NCBI GenBank assembly: GCA_963663965.2
Contig: CAXXFK010000011.1
Location: forward strand, 32,001-96,000
Direction: 5' to 3'
Length of the DNA stretch: 64,000 nucleotides
Source: Sedimentisphaerales bacterium
Lineage (GTDB): Bacteria > Planctomycetota > Phycisphaerae > Sedimentisphaerales > SM23-30
In this document: positions 20,352 through 27,970 of the stretch, piece by piece
Layout of the letters: the number at the start of each line of letters is the position of its first letter
Numbering within the stretch: the first letter of the stretch is position 1
Position numbers and translations under genes: made by a program
The notes under the pieces: generated by a model
Seen by the model: only the letters and a program-made list of their open reading frames with translations
Told to the model about the DNA's origin: nothing
Databases searched by the model: none

Positions 20352-22184
20352 TCAAACAAGACCAGACACTTTTTTCAGCGCCGACAATGCATAAATAACC
20401 GGATACAGCGTTTCATAATACCATAGCCGGGCAAAATACAAACCAATGGGAGCCGCCGCGAACGACTCACGCGTATGTTCCATCATCCAGTTTGTCCCCC
20501 TGGCGATAGCGCCCTGAATTTCCCCAATAGCCATTGTACATTCACTGCCACCCTGGCCACACCAGACCGGCAGCCCCACAATACTGGCCAGCGCGTCAAT
20601 TGCCAGCGCGGTCTCTTCAATCGACACTGGCGTTGACCGGCCCGCCCCCCATCCGCCGCTGGCATCCTGTGCATCCAGCAGCCATCGAACCGCGCGTACC
20701 ACCATCTCATCCGGCGCCTCATATTCCGTATCTGTGATATGAGACAAAGCCAGCAACACCTTGGCCGTCCCATAGAGCGGGTTTTGCTGGTGCGCCTCAA
20801 ACTGATTCCCAAACCATAACGGAACCCACGCGCCATCCGCCCGCTGCGTCCGCCCCAGGTACCCCAGCGCCTTCCGGATAGCCCCCTTGATCCTTTGACA
20901 CATATCATCCCCCAGCTCATCCCTCCACAAATGCCAGGCAATCATCGCATGCGCGGTAAGATCCGCGGCGCTGCGATCAAAAGGCAGTTTATTCCACCCC
21001 TTGCAAAAAGTCGGTATCCCCCCATCATTATTCTGAATATCCAGCAGCCATTGCACCGCCATTTGAGCCGCTTCTTTAGCCCGGTTTTCCCGCCGATCCA
21101 GGTGATAAAGCGCGATCAGCGCCCCGGCCGTATCATCCGCGTCAGGCACCGCTCCCGTCGCCGGATTCCACGCCCAGCCCCCCGGCGCGGCATTGGTATA
21201 CGGGTGTATGGTACGATGATGCTGATCCAGCAGCCAGGCTTGCAGCCCGACGCGGTCCGCTTCGGACAACACCCCCTGACTCTCGCCACCCACCGCCAGC
21301 ACATTGATCGCCAGCGTGGTGACCCACGTGGCCAGATTGGTGTCAATCGGCCAGCTGCCATCCTCCCGCGCCGAATCCAGCAGAAAACGAACCCCTTTGC
21401 CCACCACCACACTGTCTCCGTTCCCCGCCGCCACCAGGCTCATCATCACAAAACTGGTCAGCGGAATCGCTTCCAGATACCCGCCGCTGTCCGGCTGGAT
21501 CCTGACCAGTTTGCGGCTGGTCCTGTTTCGCGTGATCTGCCGCAACAACCGGGTAACCGGGTTGACAGGTTTCGCACAATGAAAATGATATTGGCCAATG
21601 GCAATCAAAACCGGCAATGCATAGCTGACAATGGGCAATCGCAAAAATTTATAAAACGCGTGCGGCAACACCGCCAGTTCAAAAGGCAACGGTTGGCGCT
21701 GTTTCCGGCCGATCTGTATCCTTCCGGCCAGTTCACCCATCATCAGGATCGGCGTCGAAAAGGTCCGGTCATTGCCATACCGACCGTTAATCGTCTTTAT
21801 TAATTGCTCCGAATCCAGGCTGCCGGCCTGATCCGTCAGCCATTTTTCCGAATTCCTCACAATGGCCTCATACTCAGGACCATCTCCCGCCAATGTCAAT
21901 GCGGACCAGCACAGCATGGTCGTACTGATATTACTCTCACTCAACGGCGTATCGCCCCAGCCGCCATCCCCATTCACCGTCTCCGCCAGCCATTTCAGCC
22001 CGCCCTCAATCTGCAATTCATACCGGGTTCGGTCAACCATCGACAACGCGAATACCGCCGTTGCCGTCGCCAGCGCGCTGCTCGACAAATACCCCTCCCA
22101 ATACCCCTCATCCGTCCTGGCATCCAGCAGAATCCCTTGCAACCGTTCAATACTTTTTTTAAGTGCAGTTTGATCGAGTTCCAT
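20352..22184 (-). CDS. Squalene-hopene cyclase-like class II terpene cyclase
   Basis: Catalytic DxDD motif (VPDADDTAGAL), multiple QW-type repeats (QNNDGG, QRADGAW, QDASGGWG), WEGYLSSSALAT at the N-terminus, two-barrel length (~610 aa). Confidence 0.85.
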   Translation of the reverse strand: MELDQTALKKSIERLQGILLDARTDEGYWEGYLSSSALATATAVFALSMVDRTRYELQIEGGLKWLAETVNGDGGWGDTPLSESNISTTMLCWSALTLAGDGPEYEAIVRNSEKWLTDQAGSLDSEQLIKTINGRYGNDRTFSTPILMMGELAGRIQIGRKQRQPLPFELAVLPHAFYKFLRLPIVSYALPVLIAIGQYHFHCAKPVNPVTRLLRQITRNRTSRKLVRIQPDSGGYLEAIPLTSFVMMSLVAAGNGDSVVVGKGVRFLLDSAREDGSWPIDTNLATWVTTLAINVLAVGGESQGVLSEADRVGLQAWLLDQHHRTIHPYTNAAPGGWAWNPATGAVPDADDTAGALIALYHLDRRENRAKEAAQMAVQWLLDIQNNDGGIPTFCKGWNKLPFDRSAADLTAHAMIAWHLWRDELGDDMCQRIKGAIRKALGYLGRTQRADGAWVPLWFGNQFEAHQQNPLYGTAKVLLALSHITDTEYEAPDEMVVRAVRWLLDAQDASGGWGAGRSTPVSIEETALAIDALASIVGLPVWCGQGGSECTMAIGEIQGAIARGTNWMMEHTRESFAAAPIGLYFARLWYYETLYPVIYALSALKKVSGLV

Positions 22185-22188
22185 AGCG

Positions 22189-23070
22189 CTAACCCAGATG
22201 CCCCAGGGCCAGCAGCCCATAATAGGTGTATTCGCAATCCGCCATCGCGTCCAGGCAATGGCCGCGAAATCCCCCCGTTTCGCTGCGCAACGAGTTGACA
22301 AAACGCCGGCAGGCCCCCTTAACCGATTCGATGGGATACCCACCCACCGACAAGGCATGCAGCGAAGTTGCCGTTGTTAGTAAATCGGGAAACGGCGCCA
22401 GCGGCATGGCCACAAACCCACCCACCTCGCGATATTGCGTAAACAGCCAGTCCAGGTTTTTTTGATCTGCCGGATGCCCCAGGTGGTTCAAGGCAACCAT
22501 CGCCGCTGCCGTGGCGTTGCTGGATGCTACATCGATATTACGGTTATTGGTAAATCCCCCCCCCGGAATGGCCAGACTCTCCAGACACCGCAACACCTCA
22601 TCACTTCCCGGCAACTCGGTTTGCAAATCCTGGTACGCGGCCACACCCAGGAAACAGCCATAAGCGGTGCCATTCTCCTCATGAACTCCATTGGCAAACC
22701 CGCCATCCTGACTGCGAAACGGCTCCATTGCGCCAATGAGTTTCTGCCGCACGCTCGTTTCGATCTGACCCTCCATCAGAGTGGCGTAGCATCGTATCCC
22801 GGCCGTCAGATGCACCAGATCACCCGGACTTTTTTCCATAACTCCATTCACAAATCCAAGAATTGCCTCCCTGGAAAAATCACCGCCCAGTGCGATCAGC
22901 GTTTCCAGACCAAACACCGTATAATAAATATCGCTCTTACCATCGCGCCCTTTAAAACCGCCATCGGTATCGATACTCCCCGCCATAAAACGGACAACGC
23001 CCGGCGCTACCTCCGGCGCCACCGCGCTAGCGTGTTGGATGGCTCTCATCAATTCCGTTCTTATAGTCAT
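22189..23070 (-). CDS. Prenyltransferase/squalene oxidase repeat protein (single alpha/alpha barrel, GGTase-beta-like)
   Basis: Repeated DGGF/GGF motifs, SDIYYTVFGL, PDLLTTATSLHAL, DCEYTYYGLLAL. Confidence 0.8.
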   Translation of the reverse strand: MTIRTELMRAIQHASAVAPEVAPGVVRFMAGSIDTDGGFKGRDGKSDIYYTVFGLETLIALGGDFSREAILGFVNGVMEKSPGDLVHLTAGIRCYATLMEGQIETSVRQKLIGAMEPFRSQDGGFANGVHEENGTAYGCFLGVAAYQDLQTELPGSDEVLRCLESLAIPGGGFTNNRNIDVASSNATAAAMVALNHLGHPADQKNLDWLFTQYREVGGFVAMPLAPFPDLLTTATSLHALSVGGYPIESVKGACRRFVNSLRSETGGFRGHCLDAMADCEYTYYGLLALGHLG

Positions 23071-24718
23071 CACAACACTCCATGATATCGATCTCATAAA
23101 ACAGTTTGCTCACAATCCGGCGGAGCAGGCTTTTCAGCGGCATATTGTCCAAAAGCTCAATCGCGGAGATCGCCTGTTGTTTATAGCTTTCCAGCAACTG
23201 TAACGCGATGGTTCTGGCTCTCAACCGGGCCCCCATGCCGACGATGGCCTCTTGCTTGCCATCATCCCGGCCGGTATCGCCCCAGAGTGACTGAAGCAAT
23301 TGCTTATCCTCATCCCCGGCCCGATCCCACAGAATCGCCAGAAAAATCGACGGTTGCTCAACAATGCCATGATAAAAATCGGCCTGGGTACAGAAATCGT
23401 TAATGTCATCTTTGATCTGATACGCAATTCCAATCGCGTCGGAATAGGCCTCCAGAATACCGTTGAGCTCCGGATTAAACTCCACCGACAACGCTCCCAG
23501 CTTTAACGCCACCTCAAATGCGGTCGCTGTCTTTTTCTGAAAAATCGCCAGCACCTCGGCCATCGTCAGCGGACCGGGCCGCCTCATCCACTCCAGTTCC
23601 AGCCCCTGCCCCAGACACAACTCCAAATGCCCCTCCGACACCACTTTCAGAATTTCCGCTTTACGATCTTGCGGCAATTCCAGTTCGCCCAGCAAGCGAT
23701 AGCCCAGCCCAATCAGGAAATCGCCAAGATTTAACGCAATGGGTATCCCGAACTCGGCATGCACCGTCTGCTTATCATAGCGTAACAGATCCCCATCTTC
23801 GATATCATCATGCACTAATGAAGCCTTATGAAAGCATTCGACGGCCACCGCCAGCTTTTTCAAATCACCGCTCAATTCGAGATCCGTTTCCTGCGCGACC
23901 GCTTTATGGGTATAAACCGTCAACAATGGCCGCCACCGCTTCCCCTCCCCGCCCAGACTCCGCAGCGCCAGCGTTTCGGTAAAACTATCACCCAATCCCA
24001 GCACCGTCTTCAACGACTCCGGTTCGAACAGCTGATTCACCCGGTCGCGAACCTCCTGCAGGTCAATCCGGCCATGCGCGTCGAAGCTCCGTTCATAAAT
24101 AACATCCAGCACCCAATCCGCATCCACCCTGGTATCGACACAGCCATCAAACAACAAGGGTATCGCCACCCCCGGAATGGCCCCCGCTTCAATATACGGA
24201 AAGGTCTTTTCCAGCACATCCAGACAACTGACCCCGATCACCGCCTCAATCTTCCCGGTCTGGATCAGCGACATGACAATCGGCGAACCCTCCGCCACCA
24301 GCACCATCATCCCCAGGCTTTCGGCCTGTTCCTTGATACTGCCAATCACACAACGCCCGCAAGCCCGACACGCCAGACCGAGATCATCAAATTCCGCCGG
24401 ACAATGTTCACTGTCTCGCAGGCAGTTGGGCAACAACAGCAACCGCTTCTCATGCGGGGTCGCCGCCATGGTCTTCAGCCACAACTGGTTATTGATCAGC
24501 ACCACCAGAAAGTCAAGCGTCTCCCTGCCAATCCCATTCTCACGGATAATCGCCTCCCCATGCGCCTGCAACTGCTCCAGAGACAGCGGGCCGCAAAGCG
24601 CCTTGTCCTGAACATAACTCCTGACCCAACGGACCAATTGATCCCGAGTCTCTTTATCCTGGGGGACAACTCTTTGTTCTGTTTTCTGATCCTTGTTTTT
24701 TATACTTTTATTAGACAT
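23027..24718 (-). CDS. DUF116-like Cys-rich domain fused to trans-polyprenyl diphosphate synthase
   Basis: N-terminal LLLPNCLR..HCPA...CRACGRC...GVSC...GC. C-terminal GKRWRP, FARM HDDIEDGD..R, GQGLEL, KT and SARM YQIKDDIND. Confidence 0.85.
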   Translation of the reverse strand: MSNKSIKNKDQKTEQRVVPQDKETRDQLVRWVRSYVQDKALCGPLSLEQLQAHGEAIIRENGIGRETLDFLVVLINNQLWLKTMAATPHEKRLLLLPNCLRDSEHCPAEFDDLGLACRACGRCVIGSIKEQAESLGMMVLVAEGSPIVMSLIQTGKIEAVIGVSCLDVLEKTFPYIEAGAIPGVAIPLLFDGCVDTRVDADWVLDVIYERSFDAHGRIDLQEVRDRVNQLFEPESLKTVLGLGDSFTETLALRSLGGEGKRWRPLLTVYTHKAVAQETDLELSGDLKKLAVAVECFHKASLVHDDIEDGDLLRYDKQTVHAEFGIPIALNLGDFLIGLGYRLLGELELPQDRKAEILKVVSEGHLELCLGQGLELEWMRRPGPLTMAEVLAIFQKKTATAFEVALKLGALSVEFNPELNGILEAYSDAIGIAYQIKDDINDFCTQADFYHGIVEQPSIFLAILWDRAGDEDKQLLQSLWGDTGRDDGKQEAIVGMGARLRARTIALQLLESYKQQAISAIELLDNMPLKSLLRRIVSKLFYEIDIMECCDDYKNGIDESHPTR

Positions 24719-26258
24719 GGGGCTGTTTTCCCGCTCTGGTCCTGTTTCTGATCTGTTTGTCCAGCTTGTTAAACATGCTTCTCCACGTAAAGATTTCGGT
24801 CTTACCCAACATCCGGATGGCCGCCCGTTTCAACCAGGATACCCCGCCGGCCCGCTGATTATCCCAGAACAGCTTGGGAACCATCTTAAAATTAATTTCA
24901 TAACAGGTACGATACAACTCCAGATGATTGCTTTGCATATCCTCGATGCCAAACGGTTTTTCATCCGCAGAAAGCGGCTCATAAAACACCGGAAAGATCA
25001 CGGCATTTTGCGATCCGAGATATTGGACCAGCTTCAGCGTCCTTTCGATATCATCGGGTGTTTCGTTGGGCATCCCGAGCACCAGGCTGAACACCGAAAA
25101 GAATCCCGTTCGTTTCATACGTTCCGCCGCCTGACGCACAATATCCTCCCAGTCATCCGGGTCATACGGAAAGACCTTACCGGGACATAGCCCCGCCACC
25201 AGCCGGCCATTCGCGCTCTCCACCCCCATATTCACCCAGAGATAATCCGCCCGCTTGTTCCAGGTCAGCAGTCGCCGAATCTCTTTCAGCTGTTCGTCCG
25301 TCAGTTGAACCACACTGGTAATATTCGCGTGATCGATCTGCATAAACGACAACCCCTTAACCTGCCGCATCTGCACCAGAAGATCGCGTAACGGCTCAAA
25401 TTCCGGCTTCAAGGTCCCGGCCCCATACCGGAAGAAATCTTCGCTGCCGCTCACCACCGAAGTCACCCCATTGGCAACATTGGTTTCCAGGTCCGCCAGA
25501 ATAATATCCTGCGACAGATGCTCCATCTTTTTCCCGGCCATCGTGCAAAACCGGCACCCGCGCCCACAACCGCGCGACAGTTCAATAATCCCCAGCAGCG
25601 AACCATGCCTCAGCGGACAGATTTTTTCCGCCGAGGTACTTTTCTCGCTTTGATGTCTGTCCACCAATTTCCCATTTAATATCTCCGTAAAAAGCGCCGG
25701 GCCGCTCTCCTCAAAATACCCCTCAAAAACCACATCGATACAATCCCGGGCCACCGGATCATCGTAACGCATAAATTGCCAGGCGCCCGCGCCCCCGGCC
25801 ACCACGCGAAAATGATACTTCTCCTTGGCCGCCAGAATCACCTCCAGGATCGATCTCGTCCAGTACCGGGTATACAGCTCACCGCTCCAGAATTTATCCG
25901 TCGTGGTATTGCTCATCCCCATTCCCAGCGGATCACTGGAACTGAACCCGACGATTTTCACCCAGGGCCCCAATAGCTCAGGCAGATAGTCCGGCGTGGT
26001 ACACACCACATCCTCTTTTTGCAGGCCGGTATAGTCGATCAGCGCGGATTCCACCCGCCGCAACCCCAGCGGCGCTGTTCTGGCCCGCCCATCACCATCC
26101 ACCGCCACCGGCGGCGCGACAAAATGCCTCATCACCATTTCAGGGACATGCGTCGTCTGCATCGTCGCGAAAATACCTTCGAACAGAATCTTATAATCCG
26201 CGCTTAGCGTCCGGTCTGCCACCAGCACCACAGCGGGTTTCAGCCGGGATTTACTCAC
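24711..26258 (-). CDS. Radical SAM protein with B12-binding-like N-terminal domain (possibly GDGT ring synthase-related family)
   Basis: SRGCGRGCRFC motif, GGAGAWQ, MGVES. N-terminal VVLVADRTL...APLGLRRVESAL...SSDPLGMG. Confidence 0.8.
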   Translation of the reverse strand: MSKSRLKPAVVLVADRTLSADYKILFEGIFATMQTTHVPEMVMRHFVAPPVAVDGDGRARTAPLGLRRVESALIDYTGLQKEDVVCTTPDYLPELLGPWVKIVGFSSSDPLGMGMSNTTTDKFWSGELYTRYWTRSILEVILAAKEKYHFRVVAGGAGAWQFMRYDDPVARDCIDVVFEGYFEESGPALFTEILNGKLVDRHQSEKSTSAEKICPLRHGSLLGIIELSRGCGRGCRFCTMAGKKMEHLSQDIILADLETNVANGVTSVVSGSEDFFRYGAGTLKPEFEPLRDLLVQMRQVKGLSFMQIDHANITSVVQLTDEQLKEIRRLLTWNKRADYLWVNMGVESANGRLVAGLCPGKVFPYDPDDWEDIVRQAAERMKRTGFFSVFSLVLGMPNETPDDIERTLKLVQYLGSQNAVIFPVFYEPLSADEKPFGIEDMQSNHLELYRTCYEINFKMVPKLFWDNQRAGGVSWLKRAAIRMLGKTEIFTWRSMFNKLDKQIRNRTRAGKQPHV

Positions 26259-27098
26259 TGGGTTTCTCCGATTTTTTGCGTAACTCCATTATTTCACCAG
26301 GATTAAGAGAGGCCAGTACCTCCGGCGGTATCCTGAGTTCTTCCTGGAGTTTTTTCATATCCATCACCGGCGAGCCGGCCGGCCCTCCGGTTGCCTGTTT
26401 CGCATCTTGCGTCCGCCGGATCAGCGCCTCATACGCCGCATTGCCCTGGAGCGTCTGCGGACTCCCACCAGCCTGATCCTGCCCACCCTGGCTGTCAGCA
26501 ATTTCCTCACCACAGATCGCCCCCTCGGAATATTTTGGAAACACAATCGCCTGCTTAGGACAAATCCTCGCGCAGGCCGGGCAATTGGTCTTACAGTGCG
26601 AAGGATTGGCCACCTGGACCTGCTTATCTGCCGTCAGCTCATACACCTGGAACAGGCAGAAATTCATGCATTGCTTACATTGAATACACCTGCCAGTATC
26701 AATCACCGGAAACCACGGCACCCACTCACTCCCCGCTTGCGGCTCTGCGGCTTCATGGGTATCCTCCCCCGGCGCAATCCCCAAAGCCTCAAGGATCTCA
26801 ACAGCGCTCCCCGTACGCATATTGAAAAATTCAACCGATCCGTCTTCCAGCGTTACCCCACCCGCCTCAAACAGACTCCTCACCGCGCGCGGATAACAGG
26901 CCACCACTTTCAAATTCCCTTGCCCGGCCCATAATGCCAGCTTCCCGGATTTCTCCGCCGCCAGCTTACACAGGTCATCAACCACCTCAAATCGATAACC
27001 CGATTGATCCAAAGCCGCAAAAGCTGAGATTTCGTCTCTTGATCAATTATCTTCGAATAGGCGCAATAGCATAAAACAATCAAATCACTGTCGGCCAT
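26251..27098 (-). CDS. Ferredoxin-domain Fe-S protein, split by a 1-bp indel near 27015
   Basis: N-terminal LCYCAY, DDLC and VACYPRAV motifs. WFPVID..RCIQCKQCMNFC and HCKTNCPACARICP give two 4Fe-4S motifs. ORFs 26910-27098 and 26251-27012 join if one T is added to a T-run. Confidence 0.8.
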
Positions 27099-27446
27099 AA
27101 CTTTCAGGTCTCACTTTATAATCGAGATCAATAATCATTTCTCCAAGGCAAGATGCCACTACAAATAACCGGATTATCAGCCTATTTATTGTACCTGACT
27201 TCCCAGATTGCCTCAAGATTTTTCATTAAATCAACAACCAGCACCCGTTTACCATTCAACAAACACCCTCGCCGGCCCAATATGGCAAACCCAGGCCATC
27301 TTTTCGCCTTTTTCTCTTCTTTACCTTCTTATCTACTTTTCTACTCGTCTACTTGCCTTCTTACCATTTTTTACATTAGTAATGATTCGTAATTCTTCAT
27401 CCGAGTAATTCGTGCCCCCAATCCCCTCAAAATCCTCCTGCCTTTT

Positions 27447-27626
27447 CTCTGTGACCTCGGTGCCCTCGGTGGTACAAACCGGCTGTTATATTTTATACAT
27501 TAAATCCCTCTCCTCATGTACCACACACATCCAACCCCCACGCCGTCCGTGCCAGCCTGTGCAAGTTCGTGATCGTCCGCAAAAATCCAAATTTATTCAC
27601 TTCCCATAATTCCCATAACTCCCATT
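27447..27626. repeat. Cluster of 9-bp periodic triplet repeats
   Basis: CTCTGTGAC-CTCGGTGCC-CTCGGTGGT (27447-27473) and TCCCATAAT-TCCCATAAC-TCCCATT (27602-27626). Confidence 0.65.
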
Positions 27627-27687
27627 GAAGAGCATTCATATCCGCACATCATCTCAAAATAAAACCAATCACTCAAACCCAAATCCC

Positions 27688-27712
27688 GTAGAGACGCAAT
27701 GTCTTGCGTCTC
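27688..27712 (+). repeat. GTAG-type REP hairpin
   Basis: GTA-GAGACGCAA-TGTC-TTGCGTCTC, perfect 9-bp stem. Confidence 0.65.
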
Positions 27713-27770
27713 ATAAACCTAAACCGGCAGCACAACTACCCTTCATTGCGATTTAATCCCATTTTACCCA

Positions 27771-27870
27771 GTTTCCCTCTTATTCCTATTCTTTATCTGC
27801 CTCCATCTGTCCCAGTGTACATCGGGATCTGCGGTTCAAAATATGTCTTTACAACATCCTGCGGTTTCAA
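27771..27870. repeat. Second copy of the 13231-13316 repeat, carrying a short palindromic insert
   Basis: TTCTTTATCTGC..CATCTGT[CCCAGTGTACATCGGG]ATCTGCGGTTCAAAATATG. Confidence 0.7.
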
Positions 27871-27970
27871 TTATTCCATCCCCGCCCTCATCCAGAGGAC
27901 CACCACCTGGCTCACCACCAACGACCCGGCTTATCCCTATTAACCCGGTATCCGCCGGCCCGATCAGCCG

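Noticed and set aside
22185..22358. N-terminal 58-aa extension of the cyclase in the ORF track
   Set aside because: It overlaps the upstream gene in another frame. The ATG at 22184, just after the upstream stop, fits the family N-terminus.
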